Shown one piece after another: positions 13,555-27,200 of a stretch of 64,000 nucleotides of DNA. How positions within the stretch are numbered: position 1 is the first letter of the stretch; each line of letters begins with the position of its first letter. A program made the translations under genes and the position numbers. Location: the NCBI GenBank assembly GCA_038087875.1, contig CM076001.1, positions 622,001 to 686,000 of the forward strand, written 5' to 3'. Source of the stretch: Malacoraja senta. Taxonomy: Eukaryota. The notes under the pieces are model-generated. The model did not search any database and had not been told where the DNA came from. It saw nothing but the letters and a program-made list of their open reading frames with translations.

Positions 13555-15865
13555 GTTGTGTGGGAAGGAACTGCAGATGCTGTTTTACTCCAAAGATAGA
13601 CACAAAATGCTGGAGTAACTCAACGGGATAGGCAGCATCTCTGGATAGTACGAATGGGCGATGTTTCGGGTCGAGACCCTTCTTCAGACTGAGCATCAGG
13701 GCAGAGGGTGTTACAGAGACAAGGAAGTGTAAGAGATCAAAATAGATGAAGTTCAAGGAAAATGTAGATTAGATCATTGTTAGCTAGGGGAAGGTGACAA
13801 CAAAGTGGGCAGGCAGCATCTCTAGAAAACATGTATAGATGACTGTTCAGGTTGCGGCCCTTCTTCAGACTGATTGTGGTGGGTGGTGGGGGTGGGGGGG
13901 TGGTTGGACTGAAAGGGTAGAGGGGCTGGAAAAATACTGGCAAGTGTTAGGTGGATACAGGTGAGGGGGGATTTTTGATAGATAGATAGTTAGACATAGT
14001 TTAGTTTAGTTTAGAGATACAACGTGGTTACAGACCCTTTGGCCCACCGAGTCCGCACCGACCAGCGATCCCCGCACATTCACGCTACCCTGCACACAAT
14101 AAGGACAATTTTTACATTTACAGTATACTGCCAATTAACCTACAAATCTGTACGTCTTTGGAGTGTGGGAGAAAACAGAAGATCTCAGAGTAAACCCATG
14201 TGGGTCACGGGGAGAATGTACAAACTCCATACAGACAGCACCCATAGTCAGGATCGTACCTGGGTCTCTGGCGCTGTAAGGCAGTAGCTCTACCACTGCG
14301 CCACCGTGCCAAAGGCCAGAGATAAAAAGACAAAATGTATGAGACAAGGATAGAAGAATGTGAATTGTGAAGCCAGAGGATGGTGGAATGGGGGAAATGG
14401 GTGCAAGTCTGGGTGGGGCACAGGGAAGGCGCAGGTGGAATGTGACTTGCTTATAGGTTAGTAACCTAAAATTGGAGAATTCAATATTCAGTGAAGGAAG
14501 GAACTGCAGATGCTGGTTCACATCGAAGATAGACACAAAATGCTGGAGTAACTCAGCGGGACAGGCAGCATCTCTGGAGAAAAGGAATGGGTGACGTTTC
14601 GGGTCAAGACCTGAAATGTTCATACTGTTCGGCTGTAAGCTACCCTAATGGAATATGAGGTGTTGTTCCTGCAATGTGTATTAATGTTCCCTAGAGGTGC
14701 TGCCTAACCTCTAGGGAAACCACAGGTTTGTAGGTCAATTGGCTTGGTAATGTAAAAATTGCCGAAGGGCCTGTTACCGCCCTGTATCTCTAAACTAAAC
14801 CTGCTGTGTTACTTCAGCATATTGTGTCTATTTTAGTAAAGCAGCATCTACAATACCTTGTGTCTGTCAATATTTCAGGTCATTCATGTTAACACTTGGC
14901 AAACCAGTTTTGAAATTTCATTGTTTCTATCAATACCATAAATGTGTAGAAAAGAACTGCAGATGCTGATACACCGAAGATAGACACAAAATGCTGGAGT
15001 AACTCAGCGGAACAGGCAGCATCTCGGGATAGAAGATCAAAACCCTACTTCAGACTGAGCTTCAGGGCACAAGGAGTTACAGAGATAAGAAAGCGAATGA
15101 GATCTAAAGAGATGTTCAAGGAAAATGTAGAATAGATCATTGTTAGCTAGAAGATGACAACAAATCAAACAGATACAATGTAATCAAGGTCATACTGGTC
15201 AGAGAACTGGGATGGGGAGGGAAGGAGAGAGGGGGAAGCAAGAGCTACTTGAAGTTAGAGAAGTCAATGTTCATCCCGCTGGGGTGTAAACTACCCAAGC
15301 AAAATATGAGGTGCTGTTCCTCCAATTTGCGTTGGGGCTCACTCTGACAGTGGGGGAGGCCCAGGACAGAAAGGTCCATGTGGAAATGGGAGGGGGAGTT
15401 AAAGTGTTATTACTGTCCCAGTGTTACTCATTGATGTGACTCTACCCTGAACCTGCAGAAACATCGTGAGGGACACCAATCTGTAACTGTAGGAATCCAT
15501 GATATTGGCTTGCCTTTCTGGGTGAAAGGTAGATTCAATCATATTAGATTTTGCATTTTGTGTTTGTCCCAGTTGAGCAGGGCTATTTCTGGTCAATAAA
15601 AGACACAAAGTGCTGGAGTAACTCAGTAACACAGTGGGTCAGGCAGCATCTCTAGAAAACACGTATAGATGACATTTCAGTTTGCAGCCTTTCTTCAGAC
15701 TGATTGTGGTGGGGGGTGGGGGTGGGGGGGGAACGTGGTGGGACTGAAAGAGAGGAGGGGCAGAGAAATAAAATGAAGAAGGGTCTTGGCCCGAAACGTC
15801 ACCCATTCCTTCTATCCAGAGATGCTGCATGTCCTGCTGAGTTACTCCAGCATTTTGTGTCTAAT
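13555..15865. mobile_element. Cluster of Penelope-like terminal repeats and 3' ORF fragments, with a nested HE1 SINE at 13998-14310
   Basis: At least five copies of the AAGGAACTGCAGATGCTGG...CTTCTTCAGACT repeat; 15245-15410 matches the end of the GIY-YIG ORF at 47338-47500. Confidence 0.75.
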
Positions 15866-16307
15866 CCCATAAATATAATCCTTTACAAGAACTTACAAAG
15901 TTTTGGAATAAGTACTGAGCAGACCAATATGCATGAATGTTGTGGTTACCCAAAGCACCCAGTAAACATTTCCTGCTGGTTTTGCACTTTTCCTTTTACA
16001 CACTAATCTTGGGATTGGGTTAGGGTTTACCTTTACAGTAATGATGATATGGTTTCACTAAAGTTCACAGTCATCTTTCCAAAACCGGACATACATTAAT
16101 CTACATTAAAAAAATGTTAATAAATTCTGTCTCAGACATTATTTAATCAGTCTCCATGTAAAGAATGTAAGGAGAATGTTCTGAGGAAGATTGATATTGG
16201 AGAGCATTTATTGTGATGCTATTTTCTTGCACTGCTCCTTTTGTGAAGTGGTGTCTATGCTAAACTTTTTCTAAAAAGCCTGCTTTAACAAGATTTTCTC
16301 TTTGTAG

Positions 16308-16442
16308 GTTAAACCACTTGTTGTGGCAGGTCAAAACATCGAGATGAGGGCAAAGGAGGAGGAACTAAAACTGGCTGTTGAAAAAGCTGATCAGCTTTGT
16401 ATGCGAATTCAGGAGCTAGAGCAGCTTGTTCAGAAGAGCTCT
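16308..16442 (+). CDS. Internal coding exon, myosin heavy chain neck/rod junction-like coiled coil (VKPLVVAGQNIEMRAKEEELKLAVEKADQLCMRIQELEQLVQKSS)
   Basis: Polypyrimidine tract TTTTCTCTTTGTAG acceptor, GTAAGT donor, 135 nt open, phase 0-0; resembles class II myosin VKPLL...EM.AKEEEL. Confidence 0.75.
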
Positions 16443-16489
16443 GTAAGTTCACTCTATACCAAACCTAGTGTCCTTACTAAATGTGTCAG

Positions 16490-17505
16490 AGAGTCATAGA
16501 GACATACAGCATGGAAACAGGCCCTTCAGCCCAACTTGTCCATGACGACCAACCTGCTCCATCTAAACTACTTCCACCTGCCTGCTTTTGACCCACAACC
16601 TCTCAACCTACCCTTTCCATGTATATATGTTTCTTAAACGTTGCGATAATCCCTGCCTCAACTACCTCCTCCGGCATTTTGTTCCGTACACCTGCCACCC
16701 TTTGGGTAAAAAAGTTACCCCTCAGTTTCCCTTTAAATCTTCCCCCCTCACCTTAAACCTATGTCCTCTAGTTCTCGATTCCCCTACTCTGGGCAAACGA
16801 TTCTGTGGATTTAAGGGCCTGTCCCACTTGAGCGACCTAATCCGCGAGTTCTGGCGAGTTTGCCCTCGACTCATACTCGCAGCATGGTCGACACGAGGTC
16901 GTAGGAGGTCTTCGTATCTCTCCTTCATGCTCGAGAGTGGTCTCCGCGTACTCGAGGCCTCAGCTAGGTCGCGGCGTTTTTTTCAATATGGTAAAAAATG
17001 CCCGCGAGTAAAAAAAGGTCGCCATGGAAAAAATCTATGCTTTTTTTACTCGTAGGTTTAGTCATAGTAGGTCGTAGTAGGTCGGCATGTTAGTTGTAGG
17101 TAATCGAGGGTAGTCAAAAGGAGTCGAAGGTAGTCATAGATAGACTTCACCGTAGTGGAAGGGAGGTCGAAGGAGATCGAAGGAGGTCGTCTTCACTCTC
17201 CACTATTCGGTGTCCAATTTTCCAGAAGTTAGTCTTAGCTAGTTGAAGCTGGTCTTCAACATAGTCAAAGGAGGTCAAAGAAGATCTTCTACATAGTCGA
17301 AGGAGGTCTTCAACATGTCATTTTTTAAAACTCTTCTAAACTCGCCAATTAGGTCGCCCAAGTGGGACAGCCCCTTTAACCAATATATTCCACTCATAAT
17401 TTTGTACATCACTATAAGATCACCCCTCATCCTCCTGCACTCCAAGGAATAAAGCCACAGCCTGCTCCACCTCTCCCCCCCTCCAGCTCAGTCCCTTGAG
17501 TCCTG
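16490..17505 (-). mobile_element. CR1 3' fragment interrupted by a Harbinger MITE
   Basis: CR1 sequence resumes across 16813/17379. Confidence 0.75.
16814..17375. mobile_element. PIF/Harbinger-type MITE, family A
   Basis: TIRs AGGGCCTGTCCCACT / AGTGGGACAGCCCCT, TTA TSD; inverse of 2826-3385. Confidence 0.88.
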
Positions 17506-17905
17506 AAACAACAACTCCTCTCACTTTAAAGTGACAAAATCTGTAAATCAAGACAATGTATTGTGAACTCCCCAACTGCGAAATGGATAGACATTGCGTA
17601 TTGAATAATTCACCTACCTTTGAAGAAGCAACTGTTGTATTTAACAATGGACCGTGTTTCTATCAGAGGAATGTTTATTCCACTGCACTTCCTGCCCTTC
17701 TAGATGGTAGAACTTATGGATTTAGGAGTTTATGCGGAAGAAACGGTGGCAAGTTACAAGGAGCTCACTATAGCTGTTGAAGGATGAGGGAATATTTATG
17801 GAGGAAGATGCTCTGTTAATCAATTGGCCTGATTGTTTTGATATGTGTTGTGTTTCTTGAGTTGGAGTTGCACCAAATGGAAAGTTTTCCATCACATGCA
17901 TGGAC

Positions 17906-18210
17906 GGCACGGTGGCACAGCAGTAGAGTTGCTGCCTTACTGTGCTTGCAGCTCCAGAGACCCGGGTTCGATCCCGACTATGGGTGCAATCTGTATGGAG
18001 TTTGTACGTTCTCCCCGTGACCGGCGTGGGTTTTCTCTGAGATCTTCAATTTCCTCCCACACTCCGAAGACGTACAGGGATGTAGGTAAATTGGCTAGGT
18101 AAATGTAAAAATTGTCGTAGTGTGTGTGGGATAGTGTTAATATGCGGGGGATCGCAGGTTGGCGTGGTGGGCTGAAGGGCCTGTTTCCGCACTGTATCTC
18201 TAAACTACAA
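17906..18210 (+). mobile_element. HE1-like V-SINE, near full length
   Basis: A box-like GGTGGCACAGCAGT, B box GGTTCGATCCC, V core, CR1-like tail. Confidence 0.88.
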
Positions 18211-18924
18211 TACAAAATTAAATGGATGGTGAAGAAGCTTTAGGAGGCATCCAATAGGTTACATGAACACTCAGCCACTGAGTTCTTATTCTATCATTGC
18301 ATGGCTGGTCTGGTTAATAATGACACGCGGTGGTTGCTGAAAACATTGATAGTGATAATTCCTTTCAATGAAAGGGAGTATTTACTTTTCCTGATGATAA
18401 ATGATTGTTATTTATGTGGCTACAATATTATTTGCTGCTTAATACTTTTTATAATTTGCTGCATAATGCAATAAGTTGCTATGTTTAATGAACTGTTATA
18501 ATGGAAGTTAAAATTCTCCAATCATCACTGAATCCCCATTTCAGACTTCATGATGGAGGGAAGGCCTTTGCTGAAAGGTAGTTATGGTTGGGGAACTGCT
18601 CTGCGGAACATCTGGAATAATTTCCTGATGCTGAGGTGATGTCCAACAAACAACCATGTTGTTTGGTCCTTAAAGCTCAGGGAATGTATTCATCCTGCTT
18701 CCACTTTTCTTGTGATTTTACAGCTTATTTTTATCCTGAACCTACATTTTCTGCCTCGTCCCTGGAATTCAAACTTTCTGTCCATATTTGGTCATAGGCT
18801 ATATTGAGACCAGAAGCTAGAAATCAGAACCTTGCAAAAAAGAACTTCATTGCATAATTGTTATCATTACCACCGCCGACAATACCTTCCATCAATTTGC
18901 CGATAGCTGAGAGCAATAATTAGC

Positions 18925-19197
18925 AGAGCTGAATTTGTCCTGTGTTCTGTGAAGAAGACATGCGGGACCCCCGTCAGGGGGGAGGTGGAGGGAGAACAAT
19001 GGACAATAGCGAGGGGAGGTGGGGGCAAAGGACATTGGGGACCCGGCAAGTGGAGTAGGGTGGGGGAGGGGAGGGATGCGGGAGGAGCCGACGTGCTTTG
19101 TAACTTTGCCAGTGCCGTAGGTGGCCACTATTTGTATACATTGTGGATGCAAGCAAAGAATCTCACTCTGCCTATTCCTATTCCTATTCCTATTCAT
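18925..19197 (+). mobile_element. Unclassified retroposon 3' end with (CCTATT)n tail
   Basis: GCAAAGAATCTCAC motif similar to Rex1 3' UTRs followed by a tandem tail. Confidence 0.45.
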
Positions 19198-19547
19198 AGG
19201 TAATTTTTCATCTTCTTACCTAATACCAGTACTGATTCTGTTCTTCAAGAGTTTGGTTAGAGTTGTGGTTGACTCTACAATGCCAATTTACTGCACAAAT
19301 CAGAGATATTAATGTATATTGCTGGCTATTTTATTTCGGAGTCACGTGAGTGACTACGTGAAGAAGGCCGTCAGCACGCATGCGCGTCATTACGTCTGAT
19401 GCATTGCGCAACGACTGACTGGTGGGCGCGTCGCTCCTGCCAGCGGTAAGTTTAAAACGCTCAGGTAAGTGTTCATACTTATCTGAGGTCGTTGCTCCCG
19501 GTTCGGGATTTGCTTGTTTTTCAGCATTTTCGGACTTGGGGAGAACA

Positions 19548-20579
19548 TGTCGAAGGTGAAGAGGCGGGCCGCAACGAAACCGGCTATGGAAGACCGCGGG
19601 CCTGCGGATAGCGGGAGACCGCCGATTTCGCCTTCAGGGTCGCTAGCACAGGAGCCAGCGGCTACAAACTTGGTGCAGCCAGAAAGCGCTTTGGCTACCC
19701 CGCGGGGGAAGAAAGCCACTAGAAAGTCTGTTAGGGCCCTGGACTCAGATGAGTCGTGCCAGGAGGTGGAAATTTCCCCTCCTTCTATGGGCAGTGTTAT
19801 TGGCAGGCTGACCCACATGGAGAACCTGTTGGAGAGGTTGCTCCAAAGAGATATGCTCCGTAGGAGGGAGCTATCTGAGCCCGGGTATTACGGAGAACCC
19901 GAGGCAGTGGCACCTGTGTCAGGGCTGCATAATTTCTCCCTCTCTGATGAGGGGAGCGTACGAGGCCAGTGTTATACTGACCCAGAGTATGAGGCACAGT
20001 TGGGCAGCATGCTTCATGGCATGAGGGGCAAACCTCGGGTGTACCCACTATGGCATCCAAATTTGCTATCCCTGCCCTAACAGGGGAGCCATTGGGAGAA
20101 GACCTTGCTATGAGCATTAATTATCCGACCTCCCATCAACTCCAAGACCAAACTATGGAGGAAACCACTGCCAAATATAATACCCCATTGAATTGTGCCT
20201 CATTACGTGTCCCGGTAGTAAACCATTCCATCTGGGGACTCATTGGAGGGAGTGTCAGAGCCCAAGAGGTTAAACTTCAAAAAATTGTAAAACTACTTGC
20301 CTCAGGCATCATGGCCTTTGCCAGGTCAGTGGATGGGGTGCCCTCTCTGATACCCAGCAGGACACGATGGCATTAATGTGTAAAGCACATTTTGAAATCA
20401 ATTGCCTCCATAAGAATGCCATCCGTCCTGCTCTGAACCTAAAATTTGCTGGGCTGTGCAAACCGGGGAATGTCCAACCCCCAAACCTCCTGTTCGGAGA
20501 AGACTTGCCTAAGCAGGTAAAGGAGCTGGATGACGAGGCTATAACCGTCGGCCTTATTAAAGCACCTCCCGAGGTCTAA
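19548..20579 (+). pseudogene. DIRS ORF1 gag-like, frameshifted
   Basis: Three overlapping ORFs incl. PLNCASLRVPVVNHSIW and IRPALN, positioned upstream of RT. Confidence 0.75.
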
Positions 20580-20710
20580 TTTTTCCGGCGACAGTATCCC
20601 TACCCTCCTCTCCACACCAGAGGGTTCGCCGGATATGGTGGACGTTCCGAGCAGACACAGAAGCCTTTTTTAGGGCAGGGCCCAGGCCGGGCCATGTTCA
20701 AGATGCGCGG

Positions 20711-22330
20711 ATGGCGCCCTCCAACAGCCCTACCCCCCAGACCTCGGGGGCAGAAGCAGAGGCCATACCGCCTGTAACCACTGAGGTAAGTGAGTCTGAG
20801 GTGGATCAGTTACAAGTTGGGGGGAGATTACAATTTTTCTTACATGAATGGCATTGGATAACATCTGATCCGTTTATACTGCGCAGTATACAAGGTTTCC
20901 AAATTGAGTTCCTTTCAGACTCGCCTCCACCCACTCAGCATACACCTAGCCGCACTTTTGTTTTTTCACAACAGGAGTGTATGAGTGCACAAGGGGAAAT
21001 TGAGTCTTTACTCAAGAAAGGGGTAATTGAGAGGTCGAGTCATGAGCCTCACCAGTTTGTGTCCAACATATTTACTAGGCAAAAGAAGGATGGAGGATGT
21101 CGAATTATCCTTGATTTAACTGAGCTTAACACCTTTGTGCAGTATAAACACTTCAAAATGGAAAACTTTGTCACTGCCAAACAACTGGTTTCCAAGGGCT
21201 GCTACATGGCATGCATTGATCTCAAAGATGCTTACTATTCAGACCATGTAGACCACAGGAGATTCTTGAAGTTTAGCTGGATGGAGCAATTGTGGCAGTT
21301 TAAAGCATTGCCTAATGGGTTAATCTCAGCCCCCTGACTATTCACAAAATTGCTAAAACCAGTCCTGGGGCTACTCAGGGCACAGAATCATATAGTCATG
21401 GCGTATTTGGATGACATCTTAATCATTGGAAAGACTTTGGAATTAGCTGAATTATCTGTGTCAGCTACAAAACTTATGTTTGAGAGGCTGGGGTTCCTAA
21501 TCCATCCAGTTAAGTCTAAATTGGTACCATCTACGATAATTGATTATTTGGGATTCACCATTAACTCAATGCACATGTCAGTGACTCTGCCTTGGGGCAA
21601 GCAATTAGAGTTAATTGAAGCCTGCAGGAAACTCATTGTTAAAAATCAACCCTCTATTAGACATGTGGCTAGTATAATTGGGAAATTAGTGGCTGCTTTC
21701 CCAGCTGCTCAGTTCGGGCCTTTGCACTACCAAAATTTACAGCGTGCAAAGGAGCAGGCACTCAAGCTTCATAGAGGTCGCTTCGATAGACCCATGCAGT
21801 TGCCAGCTGAAGCCATTGCTGAGTTACAATGGTGGGTTACCAATATTCATTATTGTTCTAGTACTATTTTAGTTGATTCACCATCAGTTATCCTGCAAAC
21901 TGATGCCAGTGCGCCAGGTTGGGGTGCTACCAACACTGTCTCTAGCTGCGGTGGCAGATGGGATCTGCAGGAATCATCGATGCTTCAGTCACACGGTATT
22001 AACTACTTAGAGTTGTTGGAAGCACTCTATGGGTTAAAGGCTTATTGTACCAACATGCATCATGCGCATGTTCAACTTCAGATTGACAACACTACAGCAG
22101 TAGCGTACATTAATCACATGGGTGGAAGTAAGTCTGTATCTTGTGATAAATTGTCTAATATCATTTGGCACTGGTGTATTACGAGAAACATCTGGGTTTC
22201 AGCTATCTACTTACCAGGTAGATATAACATGGTGGCTGACACCAGGTCACGAGAATTCAATGACAACAAAGAATGGATGTTGATTCATGAAGTATTTAAT
22301 GACATTGTCATTCGTTATGGTGTACCGGAC
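20711..22330 (+). pseudogene. DIRS reverse transcriptase and RNase H
   Basis: VGGRL, KKDGGCRIILDL, IDLKDAY, YLDD, TDAS..GWG, INYLEL, DNTTAVAYIN; stop at 21335. Confidence 0.92.
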
Positions 22331-22680
22331 ATTGATCTGTTTGCATCCAGCCTTAATCACAGTTACCAAATTACGTGTCATGGGAACCAGACCCAGGGGC
22401 AGTAGCAGTAGATGCATTCTCGCTACACTGGGGTGGGAAATTTTTGTATGTATTTCCCCCATTCTGCCTCATCAGTCGATGTTTGGCCAAAATTAAGCAA
22501 GACTCCGCCTCTGGCATATTGGTAGTACCAGACTGGCCTACTCAGCATTGGTTCCCACTTGTCCAAGCTATTATTACCCAGCCTTTTATGGCAGTTTCGA
22601 AGAGCAGAAATCTGCTGGTTCACCCTGTGACAGGGGAAAGCCACCCTCTTCATGACCGTATGCAGATTCTGAGGAGACCA
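22310..22680 (+). pseudogene. DIRS N6-adenine DNA methyltransferase-like domain, frameshifted
   Basis: DIDLFAS motif, then DAF...W...YVFPPF and LVVPDWPTQHWFP in the next frame. Confidence 0.8.
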
Positions 22681-23620
22681 TTCCTGGGGCTCGGGATTTC
22701 AGATCGTACGATAGATGTGATCACTGCGGCCTGGAGGAAGAGCACCCAGAAACAGTACATCACTCACATAAGGAAATGGGAGATGTACTGTTCCCGGTCA
22801 AATATTTCATATGATGGCTTCCATCACGGACGTTTTGGAATTTCTTTCGTCGCTTTTCTATGATCACACTCTCAGTTACAGTGCCATTAACAGTGCCAGG
22901 AGCGCTTTGTCATCTTATTTATGGCTGGGGTCAGGGAACCACACTGTAGGATCTTACCCCTTAATAACAAAGTTTATGAAGGGCATTTTTAACTCTGCTC
23001 CCCCTAGGCCCAGGTATTCACAAATATGGGATGTGAGCATGGTCCTCACGCTGCTCTGTCAGTGGGCACCAGCTTCATCTATGTCTCTGCATCATCTTAC
23101 ACTTAAGTTAGTCATGCTCATGGCTCTGGCCTCAGCACAGCGGGTCCAGACGTTAAATAAACTTAGACTGGACAGCATGGTTACGTCTTGTAATAACATC
23201 ACCTTTTTTGTTCAGGATCTCATTAAGCAGAGCAGGCCAGGGGTGTTGGGGCTCAAATTGAGTTTTATGACTTATCCCTCAGACTTACGGTTGTGTGTGG
23301 TATCACACATACTTCAATACATTAAAGTCACTAAGAGCCTCAGAGGCTCGGAACTATCCTTATTCATTAGTTATACCAAAGCTCATAGTAAGGTTATGGT
23401 GCAGACCATCTCTAGGTGGATTAAACAGGTTCTGGTGTGTGCAGGAGTGGACACTGACACTTTTAAACCTCATTCCACTAGAGCTGCATCGACGTCAGCA
23501 GCAAGGGATATGGACGTCCCTCTCGACCTCATTCTAGCGGCTGCGGGATGGTCTAATGAGCGGACATACCAAAGGTTTTATAACAAGCCTATCACCAGAC
23601 ATTTGCTAATTCTGTTTTAA
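22660..23620 (+). pseudogene. DIRS tyrosine recombinase (binding and catalytic domains), one frameshift near 22815
   Basis: SAQRV (catalytic R), HSTR, AAGWS, RFY motifs. Confidence 0.9.
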
Positions 23621-24249
23621 GTTCTGTTTCACAGTTTCCCCCTGGGTGAGAGGGTTCACTGTTAATTTCTTTCGTTATTAAAGCATCATCATTTTTTATC
23701 CATGTCATGTTTGAATGCATTAATTTTTTCACACTCATCCTGGTCAATTGATACAGTGTGTGACGCATGGACTTGTTTCCACGGCATGAAATCACAGAGC
23801 TTCAAAATCTTCACGTAGTCACTCACGTGACTCTGAAGTAAAATAGTAAGATTAAACGAGAACTTGCCAGTTTGAAGTTTGATCTTTATTTTATGAGGGG
23901 TTACGATGAGCGATTACGTGCCCTCCGCTCCCGACCCTCGTAACATAAAGATCTTTCTGAAAGTTCTAGTCAGCTCTAATCTTACTATTTTAGTTCAATA
24001 ACTGTTATTCTGTGATTTCACACCGCTGCTTTGAAGATTGATTCGCATGCGTGCTGATGGCCTTCTTCAAGTAATCGCTCATCGTAACTACTCATAAAAT
24101 AAAGTTCAAACTTCAAACTGGTAAGTTCTCGTTTAATCTTACTATTTTTGTCTACAATGTGGTCTGGTTATCCTGCCTTGTACTTATGATGGGCCACAAG
24201 GTCTGCTTCCATACTGTATCTCTAAAGTCGAAAGGAAAGTCCAAAGTCT

Positions 24250-27200
24250 AAAGTCTTAAATCTTCTCTGCACTCTTTCCAGCTTAACACCATCTTTCCCA
24301 CAGCTTGGTAACCAAAACTGGACATAATACTCCAAGTGCGGCCCCACCAATGTCTTGTACAACTGTAACATAACATCCCAAACTCTATACTTAGGTTCTA
24401 AGATGGCGCCTGCCAGCGGCGACTTTTTGCTAACAGCCAAACAGAAGAAGATTAATTATAGCAACAAGCAACTTACCTGGATCGGAAAAATGGCAGAATC
24501 GGCGCCGTAACGGACAAGTTGCTAGTGCATCTGAAAGCACTAGCGATTTCGCAATCTCCCGCAGCTGCAGGAGCCTCCGAATGCAAGCGTTCCCTGGACC
24601 GCTGGAAAGAACCCGACCCGCCGAGAAATCAAAGGGGCTGTACCTTGGAAGCCCTCCGGAGCTGACGAGCAGGATTTCCCAGGAGCAAAGGAGCTGGAGC
24701 TGCCGTCTGTGTGGGAATCCCCAATAGGAACGGAGCTTTAGCTGCCGACTGTGAGGGAATCCCCGTTCCAGTGCAATCTCTCAGAAACAGCAGGTACAGT
24801 AAGTACAGTACCTGGAAACTACGGGGAGGCCTCCATTGTGTCTGGAAACATGGCCGTAGGGCAGGACTTCAGGTCAGTTTGAAGCACAGGGGACTTCGGC
24901 CCCCTCTCCCTACTATCCTACTGACCAACGTACAGTCCTTTGAAAATAAAGTGGAGGACTTAAGGGCAAGGTTGCTTTATCAAGGGGAGCTGAGAGAATG
25001 CTCTGTGTTCTGTTTCACAGAGACATGGCTCATCCCCAGCTCCCCAGACTCAGCGGTCCAGCCTGAAGGGTTCCCCATCCACTGTATGGACCATATGCAG
25101 GCATCTGGGAAAGGGAGAGGAGGGGGCGTCTGCCTCATGGTCAACTCTACGTGGTGTTCAGACGTGGCAGTCCTTTCCAACTCCTGCTCTCCACACCTCG
25201 AATATCTGGTGGTGAAGTGCCGTCCCTTCTACCTACCGAGGGAATTCACCTCCATCATCCTGACCGTGGTCTACATCCCACCCCAGGCAGACGTCCGTCT
25301 GGCACTGGAGGAGCTGCACGCCGTGGTCAACAAACACCAGACGTCTTACCCCGAGGCGTTCACCACCATAGCCGGGGACTTCAATAAGGCAAACCTAAAG
25401 AAATCGCTCCCTAACTTCCACCAACATGTCTCCTGCTGCACCAGAGGATCAAACACCCTCGACCGCTGCTACACCACCATCAAGGATGCCTATCGCTTTA
25501 TTCCTCGCCCTCACTTTGGTAAATCCGACCATATCACGGTGCTGCTTCTTCCTGCCTACAGGCAGCAATTAAAGAGCGCACCCCCAGAGGTGAGGACTGT
25601 ACAGAGCTGGTCGGGGGGGGGGGGGGGGCAGAGGAATAACTCCAGGACTGTTTGGAGTCTGTAGACTGGGCAATGTTCAGGGACTCGACAACGGACCTGA
25701 ACAAATACGCCACAGTCATTACAGACTTCATAAAGAAATTTATGGAGGGCTGCATCCCTACAAACACCTTCCGAGTGTTTCCCAATCAGAAGCCTTGGAT
25801 GAACTTTGGATCCGCACTCTTCTGAAGACCAGACACCGGGCATTCATGTCTGGTGATACAGTGGTCTACAAGAAGTCCAGGTACGACTTTGGTAAGTCCA
25901 TCAAAAAGGCCAAAAGGGACTTCTGCTCCAAGCTGGAGGATGAGACAGATGTTCGGCAGCTGTGGCAGGGCTTGAATGCAATCACCTCCTACAAGGCAAA
26001 ATCAGGAGGTTACTCGAATGTCGGCGTAGCATCACTCCCTGACGAGCTCAATGCGTTTTACGCACGCTTTGAAAGGGAGAACACTGATGTGCCTTCTCGA
26101 GCCCCCATTCGCTGTGATGGTATTTCAGTCTCATTCACAGAGGCCGACGTCAGAAAATCCTTCAGAGGGGTGAACTCTCAAAAGGAGCCTAGACCTGATG
26201 GTATACCCGGTCGTCTTCTAAAAACCTGTGCGGACCAACTGGCTGGAGTTTTTACGGACATTTTCAACCTCTCAGTTCTGAGGTCTGAGGTTCCCACCTG
26301 CTTTAAAAGGGCATCAATTATAAGAGCAAGGTGAGGCCCAATAGCCCAAAAGGGCCCAAGAAGAGCAAGGTGACTTGCCTCAATGACTATCGACCAGTGG
26401 CACTAACGTCGGTGGTGATGAAGTGCTTTGAGAAGTTGATCATGGCGCAAATCAACTCGACAAAAACCTGGACCCACTGCAGTTCACCTACCGCCACAAC
26501 AGATCAACAGTGGAAGCAATCACGCTGGCTCTCCACCGCTCTGGACAACTTGGACAACAAAAACTCATATGTCAGGTTGTTATTCATTGATTACAGCTCG
26601 GCATTTAATACACTCATCCCCTCCAAGCTGGTTACCAAACTCGCAGAACTGGGTCTCTGTGCATCCCTCTGCAATTGGATCCTCGACTTCCTCATTCACA
26701 GATCACAGACTGTTCGAATTGGTGGAAATGTGTCAGCCTCGATAACAATCAGCACGGGAGCACCTCAAGGCTGCGTGCTCAGCCCCCTGCTGTACTCACT
26801 CCATACTCATGACTGCGTAGCCGGTCATAGTACGAACACCATCATCAAGTTCGCTGACGACACACTGTTGTGGGACGTATCACTGATGGGAACGAGTCAG
26901 AGTATAGAAGAGAGATCGACCGACTGACCAAATGGTGCCAGCACAATAACCTGGCCTTCTACACCAGCAAAACCAAGGAACTGATTGTGGACTTTGGAAT
27001 GGGTAGGATGGGGAACCAAAGTCCCGTTTATATCAACGGGTCGATGGTGGAAAGGGTCAAGAGCTTCAAATTCCTGGGCGTGCACATCTCTGAAGATCTC
27101 TCCTGGTCCGAGAACACTGATGCAATTATAATGCAAGCACATCAGCGCCTCTACTTCCTGGGAAGATTACGGAGAGTTGGTATGTCGAGGAGGACTCTCT

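Larger units (their letters stand above)
19329..24148 (+). mobile_element. DIRS-type tyrosine recombinase retrotransposon, structurally complete but with disrupted ORFs
   Basis: gag-like, RT/RNase H, methyltransferase-like and YR ORFs; inverted terminal repeats (19359-19384 / 24044-24069) and internal complementary region (23808-23917) pairing with both termini. Confidence 0.95.

Noticed and set aside
17906..17985. tRNA gene
   Set aside because: tRNA-derived SINE head, not a full cloverleaf
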